Made by a program: the position numbers and the translations under genes. From Marsupella aquatica (lineage: Eukaryota > Plantae > Marchantiophyta): DNA of 64,000 nt. Positions 37,567 to 50,882 of the stretch are shown here, piece after piece. The stretch is taken from contig OZ316899.1 in assembly GCA_973895155.1 (NCBI GenBank), forward strand, positions 5,831,241 through 5,895,240, read 5' to 3'. The notes beneath the pieces were generated by a model that was not told the origin of the DNA, did not search any database, and saw only the letters and a program-made list of their open reading frames with translations. The stretch's first letter is position 1. Each line of letters opens with the position of its first letter.

Positions 37567-40070
37567 TAGGGTCTTCCCATTGACTCCCTATACAAGAAGG
37601 AGTAGATCTGGACGCAATGTACTGAAGTTTGCCCCCTGCTAGTGTTGTTCACCATGAGCCTTATGACGGTAGCATTCCCTGTTTCAATTCTCCTCATTGA
37701 CGTGCACACAATGGCCTTGGTCTTAGCATTTTGGATACGTGCTAATGCATCCTTGTGGGGGTCTAACCTCCTTCCCCTTGCCTGGCCATTGCGGCGGGTA
37801 CCACGATTGTCAGGCCTTGTAGGATCTGGCCGCTCTAGGTATGTGTTCAAATCCATGATGATGTTGCAAGTACTCACTACCTCATTCATAATATCGCCAC
37901 CAGAAATGACATCCACTCCCTTGTTGTGCAGGAAAATAACCTCTGCTTCTGTAAGATTAGTATCACAAGAGACCGGAAACTTTGAAGGCAGTGGTGGTAG
38001 TAGGCTGGTAATGAAAGGCAAAGAGGATTTTGTGCAACACTAGTTGTTCGGGAAAAACCAATACGGATATGGAACACCTGGTTGATTAAATTTACTCCCC
38101 GCCAGCCAACAAATACCAACAACACCCAATCCGCTCACTTTCAATCCTGCCTCTCTAATAAATCAAGCACATACCCTAAACCCTTGCCTTTGAACGCACC
38201 TCTACAACCGGGACTCTTACCACATGTTGAGAACTTACGCAATTTTGGTTGAGTTATAACTGTGTTCAATTTTGAAAAGAAAGATTCCACATTCCCGATG
38301 GCAGTAGCGTCTCAAAGTTGGAGTTCAAATAGGCTTGGTCCCCGCTCTTTCCTCCCATTGTGTTGGTAGTGCTCCAGAGATGCAACCTGGCTCAATGCTC
38401 AAGTTGCATCTAAGTTACAGGACTATACTAACCCAACCTTTCTATTAGAGGACCATTTTTGCATAACCGCATGCACCGACTCTGCCCCGCTGTGGTTAGG
38501 CATGAGCGCAGCCTTTTTTGTATCCATCTCCTACAATTTCCAAGAAGAATGTCAATACAATTGGAAACATATCTTGGCAACCTTCACCAATATTTGACGG
38601 AAAGCGTTACTGAGGACGTCCAATTGAACATCCCTTCAACTGACCCCATGTCAGCGAGCTTCGCCAAGATTTGACGGATTTCATGCATATAGAGGAAAAG
38701 CGTTAGACACTTACGAGTCTCAAAAAATTTCCCCATTGAGAAAACCAAACAATCCACCATTGAGACATCCATGTTGTGAGCTCCTTCGCTTTTCCGAGTA
38801 GCGCGTTGCCCTCGCTCCACCACGTCTTAAGCTTCTCAAAAACTCAAAATGCAAGAACTATGTTGCCGGCGTGTCAAAGAAAATCTAGAATTTCCTTATG
38901 CTCAAATCTCTTGTGTAGGACAATGTGCTTCTGCACCCTCTCCACTGATTGGGCCCAGTGAAACGCATCAAACCTCTCTCTATGGGTATTTACCTTTCCA
39001 TCCCAAAATTTATTGCGGTTTGCATTCCACCCAGTAGCAGCATTATCAGCCATAAAGCCACAAAATTCAACATTCTTTAGCCCATGTTCTCCACACACCC
39101 TCCTCATGACCTTCCATGCAGTTTGTAATGCCGCACTATCTTCTGAAACCAGTTCACAAGCAAAGATTGTGCACAGGCCCCGATAGAAATGGTCACACAC
39201 GTGTGCTGACATGGTGCACCATTTGTTGTCAAGTATATAATGCATCACATCAGACATCACCCATGAATGCTCGAGATCCCCGCCTGGCTGCATCTTCAAA
39301 CAAGGTCCACCCCGGAACCAGGACCTTCTGTACTCATTTTTAAAATGTGCGGTCGCTCGTCTGTTCCCACGTTCTGGGATGGGAACAAAACACTTTGGAT
39401 AAATGGAAAGGCAATCACCTTCCGCATCTCCAGTATCATGTTAAGATTAGATGACACATGACTGTACTTCTTGATGCTCCTGATCATAGAGCAAAAAACA
39501 GATTCATCGCCGAGGATGGACAACATTTCATTAAGGTCTCTTTCCTCCTCAAATGTCACCATTTCAGCCATTGGGTCTTCAAGAACATCTTTAAGTTTTT
39601 GTATTGCCTCGCCCTTGATAACAGACGGCATAGCAGTCGGACTCCTCTTCAGCTCCACCTCCACAAGATTGCGCACAACTGATCGTTGATCTTTGTTATG
39701 CGTGAACATTGCAGGATGGGTTTGATTTCCTATATGCATCGCAACACAAAACTTGTGACAATAATTCACGTCATCCTTGGTTAAAGTGATATAGTACATC
39801 TCACTTGGGCATCAAGCTATACACCTGGGAGGCCTCTTGCAGTACGTACAAATTACACTTGACGGGGGAACATCGGGTCCAACAGGGAAAGGTAGCTCAT
39901 TTGTGCCTGCTCAATCTTGGGTCCACTTTGCAGAATTGTGCTCTTGTCGCTGTTGGAAATTTTCACAATCCTGATGTAGACATCGCAGAGAACCCAAACA
40001 CTTGACGCTTTGGATCTTGTACAAGTGACTATTGTTGTTCAGCTTTGGGCCAATGTTTGCTCCTGTGCAA

Positions 40071-40520
40071 GCGAGAGTTTCTCAGTAGGAAATTTGTTGT
40101 CTTTTCAACATTGACTGTTCAACATTGACTCTCCGAGTCGGAGCATCATCAACTTGTTATCCCTACTCCTACTCGGCGGGGGTCTTTGAGATCTATTTGG
40201 GACTCTTGGGGCCCACACTCTTGTATAAGCGAGAGTTTCTTAGTAGGAAATTTGTTGTCTTTTCAACATTGACTGTTCAACATTGACTCTCCGAGTTGGA
40301 GCATCATTGACTTGTTATCCCTACTCCTACTTGGCGAGGGTCTCTGAGATCTATTCGGGACTCCTGGGGCCCATACTCCTGTATAAGCGAGAGTTTTTCT
40401 TAGTGGGAAATTTGTTGACTTTTCAACATTGATTGTTCAACATTGACTCTCCGAGTTGGAGTATAATCGACTTTTGATTCCGTCTCTTACTCGGCGAGGG
40501 TCTCTGAAATAGATTTGGAT
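40071..40520. repeat. Tandem repeat, about 3 units of about 158 bp
   Basis: gcgagagttt...ttttcaacattgactgttcaacattgactctccgag recurs at about 40071, 40229 and 40387. Confidence 0.9.
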
Positions 40521-41369
40521 GTATGATTGCCAGATTGCCTCCTTGGTGCAGGTCTACTTCAGAGTTTGGTGTCGGTTGTTTGGAGTGCATATCATACTCG
40601 GCGAGCCTCTCTGAGATATATTTGAGCATTGTAAAGGAGAGAAAATGCCGGTTTGTATGGATATTTGTAAAACAATTATGGATTAATGGTACAGAGAAGC
40701 GTTTCTAGTTCCATAATCCCATTTTGGCAAGGGTCTCTAAGATATATTCGAGCATTGTAGAGGAGAAAACGCCCAATGTGGAGTTTTCAAGTCGTTTTGT
40801 ACGGATAATTGTAAAAACTTTATGGATTTATGGTATGGAGAAGCGTTTCTAGTTCCATAGTCCCATTTTGGCGAGGGTCTCCAACATCTTGGGTCCCTCG
40901 GCGGGGGACTAGTGCCTCTCAATTCCATCTCGGAGAGGGTCTTTGAGAGACACAATGCCTGATCTGCCTTACCTTTCCTCTCGTGATACAGTCCAAGAGT
41001 TTAGAGGCATTGCCATTTCATGCACACTACTCCTTCTCGAAGAGGGTCTCCGAGAGTACAAGGTGTCCAAAGTTCTTCATTGGCGACTATCTCCTAGATA
41101 AAGTGAAGACATTTGGGGCACGCCTTTCTATCTTGGCAAGGGTCTCTGACATGGAGCAGGGGTCTTATTGGATTTAGATTGTCAACTTCCTTGTCCACAA
41201 TCCCTCTTTTGCGAGTGTCTCAAAATAGGATGACTGCCAGATGTGGCACACCACGCCATCTTGGAGAGGGTCTCCGAGATCTTTTGGTGCTATCTCATTG
41301 CAGCTTTGTATACCCCACCCAAGGGTATATACTACGAGGTTGGCCCACTACAAGGTTTAGAGGTCTTTG

Positions 41370-41630
41370 TATTGGCCCGCTATCCATTCTTGGCGAGGGT
41401 CTTTGAGATTTGGACTCGTATTGTGGGCCCCCATTCCCTCTTTGGGATGAGGCTCCAAGATGTTGACATGTCTTTGTATTGGCCCGCTATCCATTCTTGG
41501 CGAGGGTCTTTGAGATTTGGACTCGTATTGTGGGCCCCCATTCCCTCTTTGGGACGAGGCTCCAAGATGTTGACACGTCTCGGTATTGGCCCGCTATCCA
41601 TTGTCGGCAAAGGTCTTTGAGATTTGGACC
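41370..41630. repeat. Tandem repeat, about 2.4 units of about 108 bp, containing GGCGAGGGTC
   Basis: tattggcccgctatccatt... at about 41370, 41478 and 41586. Confidence 0.9.
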
Positions 41631-44600
41631 CTAAACCCTAAACACTGGCCGTAAACCCTAGAACCTTACGTACTTTCTTGTTTGGCCGTGTACTTTCTTG
41701 TTTGGCCCGTTAATTAACAAGATGTACATTCTCTAGTATAGTTTGGATCTCCCGTATCCATGTACTTGTGTGCGGTGTAGTATCGGGGATCTCTCATATC
41801 CATGGCGTACTTCCGTGCGGTGCGGTACGTGCGGTACAAGGGTCCTTCTTCCTTACTCTTCCTCGTCACTCTTGCTCTTCACTCTTTGTTAGGGCTTTCA
41901 ACGTCTTTCTCACTTATCCCTGCGCTTCCTCACTCTTCATCATTCACTCCCCGTCTCATTGACTCCCCGTTATTCCTCATGCATCCTTGCTCTTCCTAGG
42001 TCCCCTTCGCTCTTTGTCCCAGTCTTCCAATCACGTTGGATTTCCTCTCTTCCACTTATTCTTGGCAAGTGTGGCCGTGTGCCCTGGTTTGCAAAGGTGT
42101 TTTGAAGGCTTCACCTTGGTGGCAGTCGAGTCTTGTAGTTTCAAGCTTTGTGCTGGTTGGCAAAGGTGATTTGAAGGTCTTAGTCTGGTTTGAGCTTGGC
42201 AGCGGTCGACTCTCAAAGTTTCAAGCTTTGTGTTGCAAAGGGTGATTTGAAGGTCTCAGTTGGCGGCGGTCAAATCACTCTCAGTGGGTTGTAGTTTCAA
42301 GCGTGGCCCTTCTCCTATCTCCAAATTTGGATCTCTTGTTCACTGCATGACTGTCTAAATGATTTAAATGTATGTTGCAAGCTCGACATGTCAAAACTTT
42401 TGCTCGGTGGGGCTCGCCAAGATGTATGGTTATTGTGAAGTAATTCTTGAATGTTTTCTCATGTAATCTTAGATCACAATGGTGAAGAGGAAAGACTCGG
42501 TTGGTTCTGTGGTTGGACCTGTTGATAGCGGAACTTCTCGGCAGAGTAAGAAACAACGGTCTTTGTCCCCTTTGCCAGTGACATCTCGACTAACGCACTC
42601 ACAAGGTGGTCCCCTTGTGGAGTCAGTGGACGCAAGGAGGAAGTTTGAGCCAAAGAAAATATCGTTCAAGCCAATAGGAGCAGCGGGATTAGCAGATATT
42701 GCAAAGATGGGAGTTTGGGAGTTGATTGTCTCCAAGTATGAGACAAAGTTTGAAAAGGATCCTCCCCGGATCCCCTTATGCGGGCTCATGCCAATGGAGG
42801 CCGTCAGGAATCTTCATGATGAGTCAATGGTCAAACTAAAAGAAGGATTCAGAGAGAGCAGCTATATTGTAAAGCTCAGCAAGTTCCACATCACTAAGTT
42901 CAATGAAGCAGGGGAGACAAGGACACTGGCAGAGTTCAAGCCCTATTGGGACTCGTTGTGGACTGAAATCAATGAGCAATTTGAGCAAGAGTGCGATGCG
43001 TTAGAGGACTTCAAAATGCTCAAGGACAAGATGTTTTGGGTTTTTGACGGAAACCATAGGTACACAGCTTGGTCTGCAGTTGCGGAGGAGTTTCCAGATC
43101 AACCGCAATACCATCCGTGTGTCAAATTCTCTCTTTTGAACGTTGGAAAGGACGGATTCAAGAAGGTTGAGCAAGCAATGCACGCTCTGAACTTGTAAGT
43201 AACTCACATTTTGCAACAACAGGTATACAATATCATTTCCTTTGTGTGAATACCCTATTGGCAATCTGTCAAAGATTGCCCTATTTGAATGTTAGACCTA
43301 AGAACATTCTTTGCCGTGTCCAGGATAAGCGTGACTGTCATGAGGACGTCATGGTTCAATGACGCTGATCAGGTGGCAAAGTTGTTGAACACTCCATTGG
43401 AGGAGTACAGTTTGCTTATGTCAAAGGAGACACTAGAGGGTTTCCTCAAGGCTCAAAATTGTGGCCACGGGAAGACTTGGTACTCCAAGAACATGACAAA
43501 AGAGGTAGATGTGTACATCATGAGCTGGTCAAACATTGAAGCGGGGCAAATCAATATTTCAAAGGAAATGGCACAAGACGCAGCTCATGGGCACCCGTGG
43601 AATGCCAAGAGACTTGAGCATGAGACTGAGGCAATGATTACTGTTGCGTGCAAGAGCTGGGGCACTAAGTTCCCCAAGCTCACTGCCTGCGTGAATCCAG
43701 CAAATGGAGCTGAATTCATCCCGGCATGTCGACAACTCTATCACAAGTTGGCAAAGGAGGCCAAGCAGGGTGTCTTGAATGTGCAGGTTAGATTGGACAG
43801 GATCCGCTTGATTTCTGGGGCTTGGTTAACTACAGAATGCAAATTAAAACTCTTGAAGGCTCATTTTGGAACGGAGGAAGATAGGAGTAGGTATCACCAT
43901 CCACGTAGCAATAGTGATTCAACGGTTATATCATGGCTAGCAGTGTGGTCAATGTGGTGTTACATTGACTACGTTGGTTGTATCTTGTTGACCGATTTTG
44001 CTGAGAAGGCCTACCAGCCTGGAAATTTTAGCGGAACGCAAGAGGAATTTGCTAAGCTTTATAGAAAGCTTTACCAATCTTATGTGCAAGAGAAATCCTT
44101 AAAAGTAGGCGGTGACATTTGGAATGAAGGGAATACCAAATTGGCATTTTGGGACGCATGGATAAAGCAAACAAAGTGGCGCGTGACAAGATTTCTCATA
44201 CATCAAGAGAACATGAATGCAACAATGTTGAAACAACTACCATTGGCGATTAGATCTTGGATGGAGGCGACAGGTAGCCTTAGCTTGTATCCATGTGATG
44301 GTCGCATGCCTCATGGCAGAGTATTCTCAGATTGGGAACGGAGGAACTGTCCATGGTACATGGAGTATGACAATTGGAACACTTTTCTCAAGGTTGCCAA
44401 GAAGGATAGTGCAGACCTGCTCAAAGAAGCATAGGAACCTAGTAATTACTACAATATAACAAAGTTGCGACAACTGTCAGATTCAGTAACGAAGGCAACA
44501 AAGGTGGAGACCCTTATCCCAACTGACCCTGCCTATGATAGGAAGAAGGCCAGAAAAGAAGGTGAACGGAAGTTTGAGAAGGAACCATCGAGCGACATCA

Positions 44601-45362
44601 GTCAGTCTAACTCTCTAACCAGTCCAAGAAAAACATCAGGTATTACTCGATTCCTTTTGCACTACATAGTGGTTTCATTTGGCTGGGTTTGCTAACATAG
44701 TACTGAACCAATTTTGGGGTCATTGAGATAGACTGCATCTCATCTTGGCAAGGCTTGCTGAGAACAAACAAGTTTCAGTCGCATCTCGTCCGAACCCTTG
44801 GATCTCATCTCGGCAAGGCTCGCTGAGAAGAACATCCAAATGTCGTCCGGACCCTTGGAGATAAAGTATAACGTCTAGTGTCTATGGATCTCATCTCGGC
44901 AAGGCTCGCTGAGAAGAACAGCCAAATGTCGTTTGGACCCTTAGAGATGAAGTATAATGTCAAGTGTCTATGGATGTCATGTCGGCAAGGCTTGCTGAGA
45001 AGCTTAGGATCAATAACCCCATTGCTTTGCAATCTATCCAGGTTTGAAGGAGATACCGGAGGAACCAGGTTCTGTAAAAGGCAAGGCTGTAGAAGTAGCT
45101 TCAAAGCCAATTATAGAGAGGCTCAACAGCCAACAATAGAGCCGGCTATAGAACCAACTACAGAACCAACGATAGAGCCGACTACACTACAACAAGGCAA
45201 CTAGCAAGTGGAGCAACAAAGCGTGCAACCTTTGACCAAGCCAATGGCAGACCAGCCTCTGGACCAACAAAGCAAGCAGCAACAAGAGCATGATGCATCC
45301 CAGGGAGAGAATGCAACCCAAGGACGGGATCATTCAGATGACGTACGGGTAGATAACGAAGG

Positions 45363-45727
45363 GAGGTGTTTACAAAAGACAGCAAAACAGGAAATATGAG
45401 TTAATAACAGAAACTGATAACAGGAAAAAAACTGGTAACAGGAAAATGTGTGGATTTTTTTTTTTGAAATTTTTTTTTTTGGAGAAAAGAAATGTTCCTT
45501 TTTTTGGTCGACCAGTTTTTTTTGCTAGCGCCTGACGTTGCTAATAGTAGCGCCCAAAGCTAGCCAAAAATGTTGCATTGTTAATTTTTTTTTGAAAATG
45601 ACATGTTTTAGGAGACATTTTTAAATTGTCATTTTTCCTGGTAACAGTGATTTTTTCTTGGTAACAACATATTAAAAATAGGAAAAAAAATATTGTTTAC
45701 CTGTTTCCTGTCTCCGTCGCTATACCC
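45363..45727. mobile_element. MITE-like insertion of about 365 bp
   Basis: 8-bp TSD AACGAAGG (45355-45362, 45728-45735). Internal inverted repeat AGACAGCAAAACAGG / CCTGTTTCCTGTCT. AT-rich. Removal restores VDNEG|EDERAEDK. Confidence 0.75.
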
Positions 45728-45732
45728 AACGA

Positions 45733-45830
45733 AGGAGAAGATGAACGGGCAGAGGACAAAGGAGAAGACAAACGGGCAGAGGACAAAGGAGAAGACAAAC
45801 GGGTAGAGGACAAAGGAGAAGACAAACAAG
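45733..45830 (+). repeat. 27-bp coding minisatellite (GEDKRAEDK)
   Basis: ggagaagacaaacgggcagaggacaaa, about 3.5 copies. Confidence 0.9.
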
Positions 45831-47579
45831 AGGGGTGCGAGTCTGATACTCCGGTGTTGAAACGGATGCCATTATCCTCAAGGCCGAAGACAAAGGCCAC
45901 AAAAATGACCAAAACAACGAGGCCCAAACCTCGTCGCACCAAAGCACGTGACAGAGCTTGAAGACATTCTGCCCAGCCCCATAGAGCAACCCCCGCCCAG
46001 CCCAATAGAAGTTCCGCCCATGACAATCCAACATGAGGCCACAACAGATGGCCCAAATTATGAAGAGGACGTTGAAGTGCAATATGTCAAACCGGAGTCG
46101 GATGGCACAGAGGTGGTTGGAGTTTGGCGTGCAAGCGCTGATAACTTTTCTTCCCAGCTCAGGCATTGTTATTTTAAATGGTCTTTGTATCTTTTCAAAA
46201 CTTACTTTGACGCTGCCAATGACGGTAAAAAACCGGTTGTGGTACTCTGTTTTAGAGACTGGTGTAGAAATCTTAGGCGGGGTGGTTTGGCTGCAGAAGG
46301 CTGGGTAAAGAACGGGAAGCCTACAAGGTCTGGTACAAATCTGATTCTGATTCGCATGGGATCAGACACGCGCATGCACGCGGATGGGAACATCCCATTG
46401 TGGAATTTGTTCCGGCCAGATGACCTCACTCGAGTTGAGGATTTTGCGCGAGTTTTCCTCGACGATGAGGGATTGTTTGGCATAGTGCACAGTGCTTTGG
46501 TTTCCCACTGTCGTGCGAGAGTGCATGGTTATCATCGCCAATCACCATGCCCTATGCACGCCCGCTAGGATTTTATGGTAGTTTAGGTTCATCATTTAGA
46601 GACCATATATGCAAGCTATAATAGATATTCTTGGTGTTCTCTAAGCAAGCATTCTCCTCTTAGTAGCACTTTGGGCAATGTTCTTGTAGCAAACCCTGGT
46701 TGTTCTTGAAGCAAATAGTCTTTGTTAGGAGCACTCCAGAGCCAACATACTTAGATTGCTCATTGCACATTCACTGCAGTTCTTCTTGAGTCTTAACTTT
46801 AGCATTGCAAGCACTTGGCTATGGCAGCACACTCCATGGCACCTCCACACATTTGAGGATTGGCTATGACTCTTTAGATGCTCCAGCACATCATGGCATG
46901 CTGCTGGTTTTCTTATGTACTACTCACTCTACATGCTACATACGTATTACTCAAGAAGAACTATCTTCACAGGATTACATCCACCGACGTGGCAATCTGG
47001 TGATTGCTTCATCAATCAGATTTGGTTTTGAGTGATAATTGTAGAGTTCACTGAAGGCGAAAGACGTTCATGAATAGAGGGAGATTGACTTGTACAGGGA
47101 CAGGTCGAACACAAACTTTCAAGTTATTGTCAGTTCTCAAAATGCCATTTTGAGCACATCCGCAATCTAGTCTGGTTGTAACTCTTCAACTGTTTGACGA
47201 GAGTAGGAGATTTTAGCATGGTTGGAAAGCTCTCATTGAGGCGTGCAAGATTGATATAAAGAACTCCAAAAACAAAGCTCTATCAAGTGAGATACAGTCG
47301 CTGACATTTTGACTTCACCGAAATGCAATTTTGGGACAATTTTGCGAATTCCGACTTTGATCTCTACTGTTTGCGTCAACAACTTGGGGCATGTAAGGGC
47401 TCATTAGGAGCGTCTGTGAGTGCTTCATATCTTCATGATTATCTCACATATCGTTATCTATTACCAAGAGAGATGTGTGTTGAAGAGTTGGAACACCTTC
47501 ATGCAGATTTTAGGGATTTGGTCTCTATTTTGAGGTTTAGAGGAATACTGATTGATCTCTTTGAGCATGTCACATAAGC

Positions 47580-49257
47580 ATGAGCTCAGGTGACTCTAAC
47601 AGGGATCCATGGCGGCCATACCATCTCCAAAGTGACCCACGCCCATTAGAGACTATCCCTCTCAAATCATCTAGATCCTTTAGAAGGAGACACACTCAGA
47701 ATACTTCTTCTGGATCTGTCGGGGCAGGAAGCTCACATCAGGTAATTCCAACAACTACATCATATCAGGTTCCTCAATTGTCTATTCAACCACAATCAGG
47801 CATGTACACATCTCTTTCAGCTCCGACCAGCACATTCCCAGCTCCGCTGCCGACATCAACAATTCCACCAGTGTACGGGATGGAGGCTAGCAGCTCATCC
47901 AGCAAAATCGGGAAGTCTAGTGGTCGGCCTGGCACCATTTCTCTACGGGAATTCAAAGCAACATTTTACACAGTTGTGTATGAGTTGGAGCTCAAGTACT
48001 TGAGCCACTACACTGTTGCCTTTGCATTCAAACAATTGGCAAGGTATGTGCACCATGAGGCATTGGATGTGTACCAGCAGCACTCCAAGCAGTTATTGGG
48101 AGTCACTCAAACCCCAAATCCTGCTTACGTTGCTGCCATAGCCGGTGCCCACCAGACAGCACTACAAGCTGCCATTGCAACGCATGCTGCTGCTGCCGCT
48201 TCTTCATCTAGCAGTGCACCTTCGCCAGCACCCACTACAGTGGTATTGAGTCCAGCTGAGCTTGCTCTAGCTACTACAGGCATCTCTCCCACTGTTGATA
48301 CACCAGTGTATCTTGATCCAGTGGATGAGTTCTTTCAAATTCTTGAACAGGAATTTCCAGTGAAGAGCTCAGAGAAGATAATGCAGCTTGCTACATTCAT
48401 GCGACAAAAGGATGAAACGTTGAAGATGATGTACCAATGATTACTCAAGTTGAAGGAGGATACCAACAGTATCACAGACCAAGAGGCTGCATCAAGAGTT
48501 AGAGATGTGATTACCTTGCTGGAGGGAACACTGAACTCTATGTCAGGTCCCTCATCAACTACTGTGATGCCTGTTATGGAGGTCCAACATCAGGTTTTGA
48601 TTGGACCGTCCCCTTTGTCACATGCTGAACATAGTATGCATTTGTCACTTCCTAGTTCTAGTTCTAGTTCTAGTGCTACGATGAGTATTGATTCCATGGC
48701 TAGGCCTACATCTAAGTGTTCAGGGAATTCTCAGTCCCTCTTGGACATGCTCATCAGTGACAAGGTTGTGGATACTAATGTCCTACACAAGATGTCTCAC
48801 AATGTGCCCAAGATTGTTCCTAGTGATAGGACTTCAGTCTCCACTAGTGTTGCCATTGTTGATAATAGGGCTGCGGTACAGGTGGAAGGTCACATTCCTA
48901 AGGTGGTTATGCTAGATACTGGAGCTCAGCCTGTCATACTTGGCATTCAATTCGCCAAACAGTTGGGGCTAGTTGACTCCAAATTGCAAAAATCCGCATG
49001 GTACATCCGGATAGCAAGTGGCACTGTGGAGGAGGTACTAGGTGAGAGTGCTCAATTGCTCACTCTCTCTTTCAATGAAGGTACAGATCAGGAACTCCAA
49101 TTCAAGGTCAGATGTCTGGTCACCAATGCCACAAGCTATGATGTGCTCATTGGCCAAGAGGCTTTATTCCCGCCAGGATTTACCATTGATAACTGGTTTG
49201 AGCATGCATACTATCGTGCTAATTGGAAAACTGATGGCATGTGCTTGGGCTACATTC
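47580..49257 (+). pseudogene. Retrotransposon gag and aspartic protease remnant
   Basis: gag-like helical region (FAFKQLARYVHHEALDVY...FMRQKDETLKMMY) and the protease motif VMLDTGAQPVILG...YDVLIG. Confidence 0.7.
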
Positions 49258-49808
49258 CACTGGCACAACTAGATTTTGTTGCGTCGGATGCTAACAATAC
49301 CTCCTCATAATCGTCGTTAATATAATTAACGACTTCCATGACTACGTTTATAACTACGTCCGGTGTAACGGCGACCTCGGAGAAATCTAAGCGCCGATTG
49401 CCCCCATTTTAACGTCGCTGGAAACACGTTTAAAATTAACGTCTCTGGATGAGCTGTCCTAAACATCGTTTTGGTCGTCGTTCAATATTAACGTCGTATT
49501 AGAGGACGTAATGTGTTTAGGGTATAACGACGTCAATGTTTACGTCGTGGAGGGAGCCGTTAAAGTGGTAACGTTGCTCTGTAGGACGTTCCAATTGAAT
49601 CAAGCCATGTTAGATGTTGAGTACATTGGTGTGGACGACTTGAATGAGGAGTAGTCCATGCTGACTCGAGTATAGCTTGGGTTTTCTACGGGACGATGTT
49701 GGTTTAAGAGTGCTGAGACCAAAGTAGGCTTGCGTTTGTGATTTTTGGAGAATGCACTCTTCCTGAGTACAGAGAAATTGCAGCGTGGGATAGACTCAGT
49801 ATTCAATC

Positions 49809-50368
49809 ATGGTGCGCAAGTTCTTCAAGGATGTGCATTGTTGCTTCCTTCCACTTGGTGAAGAGGACAAGACTATCCGTGGGTTCTTTTGTCGGGGAGG
49901 CGTTATTGAGAAGTTGTGTACCTCAGAAACAGACTACTTGCTGGCTATACGTGGAAAGAAGTTGTTGAGCACTTCAGTGACTACCATGGATTGATCGAGC
50001 ACTTTGTAGAGACAGTTCATTTCATTTCTATCCGTTGGGTAGAGTGCTCAATTCTGGCCAACAAACAGTTGGATCCAGGAGACTTCCTGTTGCATCCAGG
50101 TGATGATCAGATGTTGGATGAGGCGCCCAACCCAGATGGTGGGGAGGCATATCCACCTACATTGCCCAAATGTGAGCTGTCTCCGACTGAGCTTCACATT
50201 GTCTTGTATGATTACAAGGAAAGTTGTGCAGCTGAGGTTGAGGCTGAAAGGCTAAAGGCTGGGGAAGAGGTCGTTCGGAAGAAATGGAACCAGAGGCAGA
50301 GGCGTGATTCTTACAAAAGAAGGAAGGCAGATGAGGAGTACTACTGGTCTGGTGAAGGAGCTCCTTAA
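49809..50368 (+). pseudogene. Unknown small ORF in CACTA-2, convergent with the transposase (frameshifted)
   Basis: Overlapping ORFs 49809-49994 and 49916-50368, flanked by motif clusters. Confidence 0.35.
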
Positions 50369-50882
50369 GTAGCAACAATCTGGATGTCAATGGATGAGGC
50401 AATTTAGTGATTCGGCTAGGTTATAGTCACTTTGTGGTGGACATGCAATGTGCTTTGTAGGACCTTTGTATCTCTATATCATACTGAATCTGAATAAAGA
50501 CTCCCTCATGTTTTTCATTTTGAATGCACGTGCCAATTAATGTCACCACTGTCATTAACGTCGCACGGATATAGTAACGTTGCAATACACGACGTCTTTG
50601 GTTTAATATGTACCCTAAAACGACGTAAGTTAGTTTAACGTCGTTTTAAGTGGAGAATCAACGTCGTGTGGAGTACGTAAACTGGGTCGTGGCTAAATTA
50701 ATGATGTTGAAGGCTCAATAAAACGACGTTAATTGGAATTAACGTCTGGCTGGTACAACGTAGTTTGAAGATACATTGGTCTACAGAACGTAATAGTCAT
50801 ACAACGACGTTACCCACAGATGCTACAAACCCACATGAAGGTGGCCATAACGAATATATACATGCACTGAATACATTTATGG

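Larger units (their letters stand above)
32660..40000 (-). pseudogene. MULE-like transposase with C-terminal SWIM zinc finger, split by a solo LTR
   Basis: SWVMSDVMH, GFMADNA and ERFDAFHWAQS (MULE D...D and CxFHWxQS-like motifs). GRP|YSPCKHLYWCF is rejoined across 37567/32817. Confidence 0.75.
42479..46568 (+). pseudogene. Multi-exon gene: ParB/sulfiredoxin-like domain, low-complexity linker, possible degenerate DNA amino-methyltransferase domain
   Basis: FWVFDGNHRYTAW in exon 42479-43194. Intron 43195-43323 joins in frame to ORF 43289-44434. The last ORF has NIPLWN...FARVFLDDEGLFGIVH. Confidence 0.55.

Noticed and set aside
42479-43198. Bacterial ParABS locus or contamination
   Set aside because: The gene has an in-frame GT-AG intron, there is no ParA, and it is embedded in plant-type TEs.
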